This document shows positions 19,295 through 29,116 of a stretch of 64,000 bases of DNA, piece by piece. Under the pieces are notes generated by a model. The model saw only the letters and a program-made list of their open reading frames with translations. It searched no databases and was not told the DNA's origin. Source of the stretch: Fidelibacterota bacterium (GTDB taxonomy: Bacteria > Fidelibacterota > Marinisomatia > SCGC-AAA003-L08 > GCA-002704045); NCBI GenBank assembly GCA_002703375.1, contig NZTO01000049.1:38901-102900 (forward strand), in the 5' to 3' direction. Every line of letters begins with the position of its first letter. Position 1 is the stretch's first letter. The translations under genes and the position numbers were made by a program.

Positions 19295-20401
19295 TTATGT
19301 AAGTGTTTCTATATCTCCTAATAATGATGGTTCATCGTTCACTTCTTTACTAGATTCATCTATTGAATCTATGGAAATAACATCTCCTAAATCTAAATTA
19401 ACATCCTCTATTTTAAGTTTTTCATCGTCGTCGTTAGAAGTTGATTCTATTTCACTTATATCTAAATCATTTGAAAAACTAACACCCTGTTTTTCCGCAT
19501 CATTCAAATCCGGAACTTCCGTGACTAACACGGGTTCTTTGGGTTCTTCGGATTCTTCGGATTTTTTTGTATTTTCCGTATTTTCTGCATTTAACTCTTT
19601 TATATCCAACATTACTCCATAATTATCATCGCTAATTACAATATTATCTGTATCTTTTAGTTTAATAGAACTTTCATTATCATTCATAACCTCCTCAATC
19701 AAAAGATTGGGATTTGTCTTACTTTCTAATGACTCTTCATTAGATTTAGATTCCATATTTTCTTCAGAACCGTCAACGCTCACCATATCATCCTCTGCCG
19801 GAATAAGTTCCTCTTCAACTTCCATAGTTTCTTCTGTAACCTCGTCAAGATAAGAACGTAATATAGTTTCTATTGGAATTGTATCTCTCACGGAATTCAA
19901 AATGCACTCCTTTATAATAAGTTCAATCTCTCTATTGTGTTTTTGCATTTCTAATGGATTAATATTCTTTTGAAACAGATATATATTCGTATACAATTTT
20001 CTCGCTACTGAAATATAAATCTTATGAATAAAATCTGCTAAATTTGGTATATCTATGTCTACCTTTTTTTGATTTTGACCCACCCTTATACATGTCAATG
20101 CCTTTAATTGAATAATATGCACACATGTAATTAAATCCTCGATATATCCACATTTGCTATTTTCTTTTATACGCGAAACCTCATTTTCAACTAATTCTTT
20201 ATTCCATTTTGGTATTCTTGATAATAAATTTTGAAACGTCATTAAATATTTTTCATCCTCGTTGTTTTCTATACAAAGTTTATAAGCATCTTCATATATG
20301 GATTTAAACCCCTCGATAATAAAAGGACACAAAATAGTAACTAATCTTGCGGTCCATTCATTCCTCGATTCAGTTAAACTACTTATATTGTAATCGTCCA
20401 T
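19295..20401 (-). CDS. conserved hypothetical protein with acidic C-terminal tail
   Basis: The N-terminal 190 aa (WTARLVTILCPFIIEGFKSIYEDAYKLC ... YLMTFQNLLSRIPKWN) look like a conserved NCLDV domain (recall only). The C-terminal half is Glu/Asp/Ser-rich. Confidence 0.6.
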   Translation of the reverse strand: MDDYNISSLTESRNEWTARLVTILCPFIIEGFKSIYEDAYKLCIENNEDEKYLMTFQNLLSRIPKWNKELVENEVSRIKENSKCGYIEDLITCVHIIQLKALTCIRVGQNQKKVDIDIPNLADFIHKIYISVARKLYTNIYLFQKNINPLEMQKHNREIELIIKECILNSVRDTIPIETILRSYLDEVTEETMEVEEELIPAEDDMVSVDGSEENMESKSNEESLESKTNPNLLIEEVMNDNESSIKLKDTDNIVISDDNYGVMLDIKELNAENTENTKKSEESEEPKEPVLVTEVPDLNDAEKQGVSFSNDLDISEIESTSNDDDEKLKIEDVNLDLGDVISIDSIDESSKEVNDEPSLLGDIETLT

Positions 20402-21211
20402 TTACATAAATGATATATTTTCTAAATTATAATCATTACGCAAATACGTAAAATTTAATAGAAAAAACATGGCTAATTTCTCATTTTTTATATCTTTTCT
20501 TACTTTATTGAAAATAATAAATAAACGGTTTCTCTTATTTGTATCTTTAATATTTTTTTTTAAAAAATTTAATATATCAATCCCTGAATATCCTTTATTA
20601 TATAATTTATTTACTCTATCTATTAATTCTATTGATGTTGTTTTATTTGTTATATCTTTCAATAAAGTTTTAATAGAAATAGATCTTTGGTATTCTATTT
20701 TGTTGAAATCAAATGTTTTATTTACTAAATAATTATGCAGATTTACCTCCTCGTTTAAAATGACCGGCGGTGAAACATAAATCTCTGAAAATCTCGATAA
20801 TATTGGTTTCAATAATTTATATTTATTTTCTACAACAATGAAAAATCTAGTAGTATTACTAAATAATTCTATACATCTTCTTAATGCAGATTGAGCATCT
20901 ATTGTTAATTTGTCAGCATTTAACAAGACAATACTTTTGAATAATTTTTGAGAGTTGTGTATATTTGCTCTTGCAAAAAACTTCAGTTCTTCTCTTATAA
21001 ATTTAATACCTTTTCCATGACCACAATCAATGTAAATTACATATAAATTTATCAGTTCTTTATCATTATAATAAATATCGCTTATAAAATTCTGTAGTAT
21101 TGTCCGTTTACCGGTTCCCGACTCTCCATGAAATATAATGTGTGGTATCTTACGTGTTTGAATAAAATAATTTAATTTTTTTTTGATATCTTTATGAATA
21201 TCTAATCCCAT
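20402..21211 (-). CDS. replication factor C small-subunit-like AAA+ clamp loader
   Basis: Walker A FHGESGTGKRT, Walker B-region VLLNADKLT, QSALRRCIE, and an SRC-like box LKPILSRFSEIY. Confidence 0.8.
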   Translation of the reverse strand: MGLDIHKDIKKKLNYFIQTRKIPHIIFHGESGTGKRTILQNFISDIYYNDKELINLYVIYIDCGHGKGIKFIREELKFFARANIHNSQKLFKSIVLLNADKLTIDAQSALRRCIELFSNTTRFFIVVENKYKLLKPILSRFSEIYVSPPVILNEEVNLHNYLVNKTFDFNKIEYQRSISIKTLLKDITNKTTSIELIDRVNKLYNKGYSGIDILNFLKKNIKDTNKRNRLFIIFNKVRKDIKNEKLAMFFLLNFTYLRNDYNLENISFM

Positions 21212-21253
21212 TAATAGTATTTAATACTATAATTTAAATACTATTTATACTTA

Positions 21254-22993
21254 TTAATAACTACTTAAACTTTGTGTAAACGGATTATTTTTAAACGCTT
21301 GTAATAAATCGGGCTCAATTCTATCAGTGTTTGTGTTAGGTAGTTCTTGTTTTCCATGAAGTTGGCCATATGTCTGTATATCCGGAGAATACGATGGGCC
21401 AATTGTAGTGTTTGTTGTACGATAATTCTGGGTATCTCTCTGGGTTACAAGATCAGGATTAATTTGATTATTAAAGGTATCTATATTCCCAGATGGAGTG
21501 AATGAATACGTGTCCCGGTTCACATTGTTTCGTTGCGCGTATTCTGCATCCGATACTCTAACTCCACTATTATTACCACCAGAACCATAGTTCTCTACGT
21601 GAAAATCGCTTCTTTTACTATCCACAGTTCTTTTTTGATCTAATAAATAAGCATTTGAATTTTGCATACCGTTTCGTTGAATGTTCATGTTATACGGCTG
21701 ACTTCCCGTCATCTCTCTAATGGTTGTTTTCGGTTCATTTTTTTGATATACATATTCTCCTCCCGCTCCGGCTCTTTCGACGTTTCCATTGATTCTTATA
21801 TTTCCAATAACGTTATCTTTTTTTGTTGGTCTCAAAAAGTCCATAACTGGAGCCATAATTGCACCAATCGCGCCCCCGGCCGTTCCAAAAGTGTGTGTTT
21901 CGTCTACCGTAGAACGATTATTAGGCAATGTATTATAGGTTCCGCGTCCATTATTTGATTCTGTGGTGGGCGCCGTATTAACTCCTGTAGATATCCCATA
22001 ATTTTCTTTATATGTATGAGGCCGCATTGAACCTTCATAATTTTCTGGTGCCATTCCTTTAATCATGTGCGCACCCCCCGCATTACCACCATAAGCCGAA
22101 AGCGTGCTAATTCTGTTCACATCGGGTAATATTTCAAGAGCACGAGTTGTTTGTCGTTTTTCTAAACCTGTCGTTGTAAGATATCTTTCGGGACCATTCA
22201 TGTAATACGTATCGGGCTTATGTTGTTCCATTTTACCATAAATACCCCGATTTTTAATTTTTGACATTGCTGGACCTTCATGTGTTGCTAGATCATATGT
22301 TCTTTTGGGATTTGTAGATACACGAAGTTCATCTACCGATTTTGGCATCCAATGTTCTCGTGCACCCATCCCCGAATTAAAACCCGTATATCCTTCCCCA
22401 TTCTTTAATCCCGGTGCTTCTCTTTCCTCTTCCCACGGTTTTGTATTGTTTTGTTGTAAACTAGTAGTTTGTCTAGATTGCATAAAATCATTCATATTTG
22501 GAGCACCGTGTGCCCACTGCATTGATTCTTCAGGCTTGAATAAAGGAGCAACCTCCTCTTTATTGTACGATTGAGAACCAGAACCCATTTTATTGTCTAA
22601 AATACTTTCCGCCGTATTATCTTCTAAATTAATACCTTTAATTTTGCTTCCAAAAAAAGGAGCCATATTATTATGTTTAAAATCACTTTGATTTACTACA
22701 TCTCCACTTAAAGAAACAAATTTTGAGCCCATAAATTCCTCTTGTTTTCCATGTAAATCATCATGCGTTATTCTTTCGGAGCTTACCTCTGTAATTGGGT
22801 CTACATTTGAATTGTCCGTTGACCGATATCTTCGACTTTCTACATTATTTGATTCATAATGATTAATTGGTTTTGTATATTTTTGCTCCTTTGTCTCAGG
22901 GTAATTTGTAAATCTCTCTATCGATGGTTTTTTTTCGCTATTCATAATTGTATATACACCTGTGGCACCAGCTAAAGCTATTAGTACTTCCAT
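21254..22993 (-). CDS. hypothetical protein, probable virion component (579 aa)
   Basis: It has an N-terminal hydrophobic helix, then Gly/Asn/Thr-rich sequence. It lies in a co-oriented block of late-looking genes. Confidence 0.55.
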   Translation of the reverse strand: MEVLIALAGATGVYTIMNSEKKPSIERFTNYPETKEQKYTKPINHYESNNVESRRYRSTDNSNVDPITEVSSERITHDDLHGKQEEFMGSKFVSLSGDVVNQSDFKHNNMAPFFGSKIKGINLEDNTAESILDNKMGSGSQSYNKEEVAPLFKPEESMQWAHGAPNMNDFMQSRQTTSLQQNNTKPWEEEREAPGLKNGEGYTGFNSGMGAREHWMPKSVDELRVSTNPKRTYDLATHEGPAMSKIKNRGIYGKMEQHKPDTYYMNGPERYLTTTGLEKRQTTRALEILPDVNRISTLSAYGGNAGGAHMIKGMAPENYEGSMRPHTYKENYGISTGVNTAPTTESNNGRGTYNTLPNNRSTVDETHTFGTAGGAIGAIMAPVMDFLRPTKKDNVIGNIRINGNVERAGAGGEYVYQKNEPKTTIREMTGSQPYNMNIQRNGMQNSNAYLLDQKRTVDSKRSDFHVENYGSGGNNSGVRVSDAEYAQRNNVNRDTYSFTPSGNIDTFNNQINPDLVTQRDTQNYRTTNTTIGPSYSPDIQTYGQLHGKQELPNTNTDRIEPDLLQAFKNNPFTQSLSSY

Positions 22994-23048
22994 TATATAT
23001 ATGTTACTATATTTTTTGATAATTTTAATGTTAAAACTAAAAATAAAA

Positions 23049-23513
23049 TTATCTATTATTTAAATTTTTCTCAAAATTATTTTTTTGTTGAACTCTAGAA
23101 CTTATATTATTTGCAAATGTAATTACAGACTTTGATTGATAATCATGAAGTGGCTCCTCCCATCTCTCTATATTTTTGTCTAGAAAACTCCAAGCAGGGT
23201 GCGTCGCTCTCGATTGGTCCGTCATCATATTCACACTAGAATAAGGCAAATCACCTTGCTTCACCTTTTCATAAGTATATTTTGTTTCGTCCCTATTTAA
23301 AGGACGATCCGCTCGCCTTAACTTATTTTCTAAATCAATCATATTTGGAGTAAAATTTGCCCCCCATTTTTGTAATCTTATGTGTGGATCATTGTGAAAA
23401 GGCATATTAGTTCCTGGACCAGGCATAGTTAATACATATCGACCACTTCCTGTTGATTGTTGTAATTCTTTTTCAACTCTCGCTATATCATTTTTAATAC
23501 TTGTCAAAGCCAT
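23049..23513 (-). CDS. hypothetical protein (154 aa), IDLEnxLR-motif family
   Basis: Contains ...RLQKWGANFTPNMIDLENKLRRADRPLNR. It shares a short motif with ORFs 23524..23892 and 24331..24891. Confidence 0.5.
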   Translation of the reverse strand: MALTSIKNDIARVEKELQQSTGSGRYVLTMPGPGTNMPFHNDPHIRLQKWGANFTPNMIDLENKLRRADRPLNRDETKYTYEKVKQGDLPYSSVNMMTDQSRATHPAWSFLDKNIERWEEPLHDYQSKSVITFANNISSRVQQKNNFEKNLNNR

Positions 23514-23523
23514 ATATTATTAC

Positions 23524-23892
23524 TTAAGAATTTATATTTGGAAATGGTCTTTCTTTTGTACTTATCTCCAAATCCGCCGGAAGAACCATTCCAGGTTTCT
23601 TAAAAAACTCAACCTGCTTTAACGGTGTTAATTTTGGAAATGTTGGAAACTTGGGATTTACTAAATTAGTTGAACCAATTCCTCTTAGTGCAGATTCAAT
23701 ATCCACCGAATTACTACTTAACATTGTTCTGTTTATCTTACTCGGTGGAGCAGAACCACCTGATGGAATTGCTGGTAAATAAGGTTTTCCATAACTATAC
23801 TCTGTATTTAAGTTATAATCCTGAAATCTCCTAAATTCCTCTTGCTCTAATTCATAGTTCCCATAAGTATTTTTATTTCTGGTGGATGTCAT
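23524..23892 (-). CDS. hypothetical protein (122 aa), VDIESALR-motif family
   Basis: Contains SSNSVDIESALRGIGSTNL. It is adjacent to and co-oriented with 23049..23513. Confidence 0.5.
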   Translation of the reverse strand: MTSTRNKNTYGNYELEQEEFRRFQDYNLNTEYSYGKPYLPAIPSGGSAPPSKINRTMLSSNSVDIESALRGIGSTNLVNPKFPTFPKLTPLKQVEFFKKPGMVLPADLEISTKERPFPNINS

Positions 23893-23943
23893 TTATTTAT
23901 ATAAATAAACAATATAAATTATATTAAAAATATAAAACGACAT

Positions 23944-24300
23944 TCAAGCCTTTACAATTTTCTCTATTTCATTTATAGTTAAAACAATACTCTCACAAAT
24001 GTTCTTGTTATTTGAAAAATAAGTTTGTATACACTTATGCAGCAAATGAAATGTATCATATGCAAATAATCTAACAATTCCCCATTCTGTATCTGCATTA
24101 TCAAATAATGAATTACTATCGCAAGAAACTTTAAATAAATCATCAAAAACCTTTTCTTTTTTCAATTCCTCATATAATGCAAATCGTTTATTTGCTATCA
24201 ACTCTTCATCCCAGTTATTTGTTCCAAATACCATAAAAAAAACTTCTTGATAATCACTTAAATTATTATAACTAACGTCTAAATTATAGTTATACATCAA
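23944..24300 (-). CDS. hypothetical protein (118 aa)
   Basis: ATG ORF with no motif. Confidence 0.45.
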   Translation of the reverse strand: MMYNYNLDVSYNNLSDYQEVFFMVFGTNNWDEELIANKRFALYEELKKEKVFDDLFKVSCDSNSLFDNADTEWGIVRLFAYDTFHLLHKCIQTYFSNNKNICESIVLTINEIEKIVKA

Positions 24301-24330
24301 TAATTATAATTTATTTTTTTAAATGAAAAT

Positions 24331-24891
24331 TTAATTAATTTGTTTCTTGGTGTACTCTCTACTCGGTAAACCACCTCTTATCCAACCATCTGAAGCAACA
24401 CCCTCAATAAGATTATTTGGATTTTGTACTTTAGTGGCCACTTCCGGTATCATTGGAGTATGCTTTAAAGGAATATACGATTTCTCTGATAACTGTGTTG
24501 CTGTTTTTCTGTGTGTTTCTTGAACACCATATCTTAGTTTTGTTTCTAGATTTGGATCCACCTTACCTTTACCTAAATATGGAACCGTTAAATATTGTCT
24601 TTCTTGTAATGATATCTTTCCCTTGTCATGTATTAAATTCTTATCAATCAATAATTGCGAATTAGTATCGATATTCGTTCCTTTTAATGCTGTACTATGT
24701 GTCCCACTATAATTAAACATCGGTTGTTTCAACGCTTGAGATATTCCCGACCGCATTTCATAATCGTTCGCATAAAGATTTTCCAATTGGTAATTACCCA
24801 ATTTTGTATTTTGAACATTTTTTTGACTAAGATCCGATACATCATTTCCTATTCTAGATAAACCATTAAACATGAAATCACTTCTTTGCAT
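24331..24891 (-). CDS. hypothetical protein (186 aa), related motif family
   Basis: Contains GTNIDTNSQLL and DPNLETKLRYG segments that echo the neighbours' motif. Confidence 0.5.
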   Translation of the reverse strand: MQRSDFMFNGLSRIGNDVSDLSQKNVQNTKLGNYQLENLYANDYEMRSGISQALKQPMFNYSGTHSTALKGTNIDTNSQLLIDKNLIHDKGKISLQERQYLTVPYLGKGKVDPNLETKLRYGVQETHRKTATQLSEKSYIPLKHTPMIPEVATKVQNPNNLIEGVASDGWIRGGLPSREYTKKQIN

Positions 24892-24931
24892 ATATAATCT
24901 AAAAATATAATATTTTTATAATATTAAATTT

Positions 24932-25585
24932 TTATTTTGGAACTAGAAGTGAACCATCCTTTGTCGATTTTAAATCACCGTAAAGAAAGTTTTTAAAAGA
25001 CTGCTGATCATTTGGTATTTCTGTATTTGCCGTTGAATAAAAGTTTCTCATCGAATAATCAAACATAGTATTATTTCCTAAATCCTGGAATAATTTTTTT
25101 TCTATTTCAACGTTGTTATTATTAATTTCTTTGATCATTTCTTTCGTTTTTATATTTATTTCATTATTCATATCATCGTGATAAGCCGGAGGCGCAGGTT
25201 TTCTTCCGGGATTATCTTGATAATCTGTTAACAAAACATTACCAAGAGGATTATTAGACGTGGGCTTCTTATATTCCTTAACTTCTTCATCCAATAAAAT
25301 ATCTTTTTCGGTTTCTATTTCTTTTGAACCACCACTTGTAAACTCTTCTAAAACATTTGATTTACTATATTTCACTACTATTATTACTATTAGAACAGAA
25401 ATCCCAATAAATAAATGTTTATAGGAGTTGAATATAATAAATCCTAAAATAGATAAAATTATTATTAATCTAGACAGCGAATTCAATTTTTGATTAAAAG
25501 ACATAAATTCCATTGGCCATAATTCACTAATATAATCTGTATCTACTAAAATAGCAGGATCGTTAATCCAAAAATTTATTGTCAT
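24932..25585 (-). CDS. hypothetical membrane protein (217 aa)
   Basis: Two adjacent TM helices (LSRLIIILSILGFIIF, LFIGISVLIVIIVV) after a short N-terminus. Confidence 0.5.
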   Translation of the reverse strand: MTINFWINDPAILVDTDYISELWPMEFMSFNQKLNSLSRLIIILSILGFIIFNSYKHLFIGISVLIVIIVVKYSKSNVLEEFTSGGSKEIETEKDILLDEEVKEYKKPTSNNPLGNVLLTDYQDNPGRKPAPPAYHDDMNNEINIKTKEMIKEINNNNVEIEKKLFQDLGNNTMFDYSMRNFYSTANTEIPNDQQSFKNFLYGDLKSTKDGSLLVPK

Positions 25586-25621
25586 TATATATATGATTTG
25601 TTATTTTTTTGTTATTAAACA

Positions 25622-26806
25622 TTAATTACCTTTCTTCTTCTTCTTCTTCTTCTTTTTCTTATTTTTAGGCTTTGCTTCTTCTACATTATCAGATATATAT
25701 GATTTATCTACCTTTTCTCCCGTAACAAATTTATTATCGACCAGTTTTCCACTATTTTTTCTTTCATCTAATTTTTTTTTTAATCTCTCTTTCAGTTTCG
25801 CGTTTTTTAAATTCGAATTCAAGTTATTTTGCATGGCATTTAAATCTAATTTTCCCTTTCCTTTCGGTACTCCAGGCATACCCATATTCTTAAATAGTTC
25901 ATCCATATTCTTCATACCCGGCATTTTTTTCATTTTTTTTAATATCTCTGAAGCCTCCTCTAACAATTCACTTTCTTTCATCTCTCCACTTTTAAATTTA
26001 TCTTCTAGTTTTGTACTTATAGATTTCACAATCTTCATCAACTTTTGAGGATTCTTTACTAAAGACTTGAACACTCCATCCATATCTTCAACACCTTTCA
26101 TATCCTCTTTTAGATCATTTGCGGTTTCTTCTGCAATTTCTTTTGCTAAAGAACCTATTTTCCCTTCCATTAAATCATTTATATGTTCATGCATATCCTC
26201 TGCCGATGGCATATTTTGAGATACGTCGTTATCAAATATATTACCCATATTTGATATTGTTTCTTCTAATTTTGCTTTGAATTGTTGTTCATCTATTGCT
26301 TTAAACATATCAGCAGAATCCCCAAAAAGTTTTTTAGAGTCCACATCATTTACACAAACAAAAAGAATGATTTGTAAATATTTCCAAATAATGTCCTTCG
26401 TCTTATCGCTTATGTTCGTTTTCCAAATAAACTTAAAATTTATCTTCGGTAGAAAATTTAACTCTTCTGTATCCTCATTAGTAAAAATATCCTCGTTCTT
26501 GTATAAAATATTAAAAAAATGTTTTGGATAAATATTTTTACAATAATCAAATAAATCTTTATATTCCTTTTCGGTTAAATCGGTGCTTAAATTGTACTCA
26601 GGAAACGTTTTTCTCATATCATTAAAAAAATCATTTATTACATCCTTAAATTTATTCATTGGAGATACGTTGGGTTCATTTGTATCCTCCTCCTCTTGTT
26701 CCTCCTCTTGTTCCTCCTCTTGTTCCTCCTCTTGCGGTTCACCCTCCTCTTGCGGATCACCCTCCTCCACTGGTTCTTCGTTATTTACGGGTTGTTTTTC
26801 ATCCAT
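25622..26806 (-). CDS. hypothetical protein with acidic N-terminus and poly-Lys C-terminus
   Basis: 394-aa ORF with an (EEQ)n tract near the N-terminus and KKKKKKKKKKKGN at the C-terminus. Confidence 0.55.
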   Translation of the reverse strand: MDEKQPVNNEEPVEEGDPQEEGEPQEEEQEEEQEEEQEEEDTNEPNVSPMNKFKDVINDFFNDMRKTFPEYNLSTDLTEKEYKDLFDYCKNIYPKHFFNILYKNEDIFTNEDTEELNFLPKINFKFIWKTNISDKTKDIIWKYLQIILFVCVNDVDSKKLFGDSADMFKAIDEQQFKAKLEETISNMGNIFDNDVSQNMPSAEDMHEHINDLMEGKIGSLAKEIAEETANDLKEDMKGVEDMDGVFKSLVKNPQKLMKIVKSISTKLEDKFKSGEMKESELLEEASEILKKMKKMPGMKNMDELFKNMGMPGVPKGKGKLDLNAMQNNLNSNLKNAKLKERLKKKLDERKNSGKLVDNKFVTGEKVDKSYISDNVEEAKPKNKKKKKKKKKKGN

Positions 26807-26808
26807 AT

Positions 26809-26845
26809 AAGTAATTTAATTTATAATGTTTAAATTAAATTACTT
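26809..26845 (-). terminator. perfect 15-bp inverted repeat (hairpin) at a gene 3-prime end
   Basis: Arms aagtaatttaattta (26809..26823) and taaattaaattactt (26831..26845) are exact reverse complements with a 7-nt loop. The hairpin lies just downstream of the stop of ORF 26858..27301. Confidence 0.45.
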
Positions 26846-26857
26846 ATTATTATTAAT

Positions 26858-27301
26858 TTATTCTTTTTGTGCTTTTTTAATAACGTACAAAAGAGATAAT
26901 TTTGATACAGTTTTTACATATTTCATCCATCTCGATTTTACATGATCCGAAAATTTATGTAATTCTTTTCTTATGGTATGTATAGTTTCCAGGGCTTTTT
27001 TTGCATTTACAAGTGCCCCATCTTCTATATCCCACGAATAATCTTTTTCCGCAAAAAAATTAAAATCACCATCGTCAATATATTTTTTATATCTTGCGTA
27101 TATCTGTTTATAATATCCCGTAATAAATAATATAGGATTTAATTTAATAAAATTACAAACCAATTCACAACCACCTCTTATAGTTTTATGTGTTTTATTA
27201 TTTTCCTCTTTGAATAGAGATACTGTCCATTCCATCCACTCTTTATAATTTTTACAAAATGCATTCAATATTGATTTTTCGTCTATAACTAAATTATTCA
27301 T
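26858..27301 (-). CDS. hypothetical protein (147 aa)
   Basis: ATG ORF with no motif. Confidence 0.45.
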   Translation of the reverse strand: MNNLVIDEKSILNAFCKNYKEWMEWTVSLFKEENNKTHKTIRGGCELVCNFIKLNPILFITGYYKQIYARYKKYIDDGDFNFFAEKDYSWDIEDGALVNAKKALETIHTIRKELHKFSDHVKSRWMKYVKTVSKLSLLYVIKKAQKE

Positions 27302-27334
27302 ATTAATACTATTATTAAATATTATTTATATTAT

Positions 27335-27901
27335 TTATATTCTTTTATTTTGTTTTACCTCTAATTCTCTGTCTTGTATTAGTTTTTCCATATCTACTCC
27401 ATTTGTTCCTATCTTGTCTGGAACATAGTTATCAGGTGGCGTTTCTATTGAAGTCTCTGATAATGGTGTACAATAATTATGCATTTGTCTAACTCCCCCA
27501 GAACCCTTTGCCGACAGTTCATCCGAACTCATGTCGTAGTCGCTATAATTGTCAGAGTGAACACCAAAAAGACTATTTTTATATATGGCATAACAATCTG
27601 GCTCGTCGATTTCCGTAGTTTTACCAGAATTTATCTTGCTATTTAAATAATCCATTATATCATCCCCCTCTATTATTTTATTTCCGCGATTTAACAACAA
27701 TAAAGATGGAACCTTCGTTATCTCTTTCGGTAACTCCATTTCCGTTCCATTTTCTAATATAACCACTATTATATCTTCTTTCATTTTCCTCTTATCAATA
27801 CATATATAATGCAAATCATTTCTTAATGGATGTTTCACTATTTTTGCAAGCGTTCTCTCACAATTCTTACAAAAATTACTATAGAAAAATATTGAATTCA
27901 T
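27335..27901 (-). CDS. thioredoxin/glutaredoxin-fold protein
   Basis: N-terminal beta-strand plus CxxC (IFFYSNFCKNCERTL) and a later VPSLLL (cis-Pro loop-like) segment fit a thioredoxin fold. Confidence 0.5.
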   Translation of the reverse strand: MNSIFFYSNFCKNCERTLAKIVKHPLRNDLHYICIDKRKMKEDIIVVILENGTEMELPKEITKVPSLLLLNRGNKIIEGDDIMDYLNSKINSGKTTEIDEPDCYAIYKNSLFGVHSDNYSDYDMSSDELSAKGSGGVRQMHNYCTPLSETSIETPPDNYVPDKIGTNGVDMEKLIQDRELEVKQNKRI

Positions 27902-27949
27902 ATTAATAATAATTTATTTATTCTTTTTAAATTAAACATATTTAATATT

Positions 27950-27958
27950 AAAAATTGA
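27950..27958 (+). promoter_or_regulatory. AAAAATTGA early-promoter-like box
   Basis: 30 nt upstream of the RPB3/11 ATG (27989). Confidence 0.5.
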
Positions 27959-27988
27959 ACATATAAAAATATATATATCAATATATAA

Positions 27989-29092
27989 ATGAATCCAAGA
28001 TTAGATCGTGTTTCTCAAAATGAAAATAAACTTACACTATCATTCACAAATACTAACTATAGTATTATAAATGCTTTACGTAGAACTATAATATCTGATA
28101 TTCCTGTTGTTTCTTTTACTACATTTCCTCACGAAAACAATAGGTGCGAAATCTTTAAAAATACTAGTGGACTTAACAATGAAATAATTAAACATAGACT
28201 AGCATGTATCCCCGTACATTTGGACCCCACTAGTAAAACATATGAAACACTTAAGGTTGTTCTTAAGAAGAAAAATGATACAGACCAAATTATGTTCGCA
28301 ACAACTGGTGATTTTCAAATTTATGACACCAATACGGATAAACCCTTGTCTACCGCCGATAGAAATGAAATTTTCCCACCCAATGAAATTACTAAATATT
28401 TCATCGATTTTGTTCGTCTAAATCCAGAAATATCCAAAGAAATCCCCGGAGAAGAAATACATCTTGAAGCCATGCTTGATATTAATACTGCTGTAAAAAA
28501 TGGGTGTTATAATTGTGTATCTACTTGCAGTTACATTAATACTCCTGATACCATCCGCGCAAATGATATATGGATCACTAAAGAAAAGGAACTAAAAGCC
28601 TTAAAAACACCCAAAGAAAAAATCGAATCTCTCAAAAAAGATTGGTTCCTATTAGATGCAAATCGTATATATATTGAAAATAGTTTTGAATTTACGATTG
28701 AAACTATTGGTATTTATTCTAATGAAAATATATTTAAAATGGCATGCACTGTTCTGCTAAATCAACTTGAGGAATTAAAGGATAATATTACCAGTGGTTC
28801 TGTTATTATCAATCAACCGATGTCTACTACCGAAAATGAATACGAAGTTATATTGGAAAACATCGATTTCACTATCGGAAAAGTTATTGAATATTATATG
28901 TATGAAATATATTACAACCAAAGAAGTGTTCTCACTTTATGTGGTTTTTATAAAAAACACCCTCATGAAAATTATTCCATCCTTCGCCTTGCATTAACAG
29001 AACCTAGTGATAAATCTATTGTGAATGAATATCTTATTACTTGCATCGAAGAAGCAAAGAAAATATTCGCCACCTTCAATTCTAAATTTTAA
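27989..29092 (+). CDS. DNA-directed RNA polymerase subunit RPB3/RPB11 fusion
   Basis: RPB3/alpha-like N-terminal motif NYSIINALRRTIISDIPVVSF. The C-terminal part (EYEVILENIDFTIGKVIEYYMYE ... GFYKKHPHENYSILRL) resembles RPB11. Confidence 0.8.
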   Translation: MNPRLDRVSQNENKLTLSFTNTNYSIINALRRTIISDIPVVSFTTFPHENNRCEIFKNTSGLNNEIIKHRLACIPVHLDPTSKTYETLKVVLKKKNDTDQIMFATTGDFQIYDTNTDKPLSTADRNEIFPPNEITKYFIDFVRLNPEISKEIPGEEIHLEAMLDINTAVKNGCYNCVSTCSYINTPDTIRANDIWITKEKELKALKTPKEKIESLKKDWFLLDANRIYIENSFEFTIETIGIYSNENIFKMACTVLLNQLEELKDNITSGSVIINQPMSTTENEYEVILENIDFTIGKVIEYYMYEIYYNQRSVLTLCGFYKKHPHENYSILRLALTEPSDKSIVNEYLITCIEEAKKIFATFNSKF

Positions 29093-29116
29093 TTAACGCA
29101 AATGAACCGCGGATTT

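Noticed and set aside
19002-19622. Plus-strand ORFs 19002..19271 and 19281..19622 (the second is Ser-rich).
   Set aside because: They are antisense to minus-strand genes in a uniformly minus-strand block. The Ser-rich ORF is simply the complement of the Glu/Asp-rich tail of ORF 19295..20401.
25833-26810. Plus-strand ORFs 25833..26048, 26277..26531 and 26583..26810.
   Set aside because: They are nested antisense to the 394-aa ORF. The (SSC)n peptide is the complement of its (EEQ)n tract.
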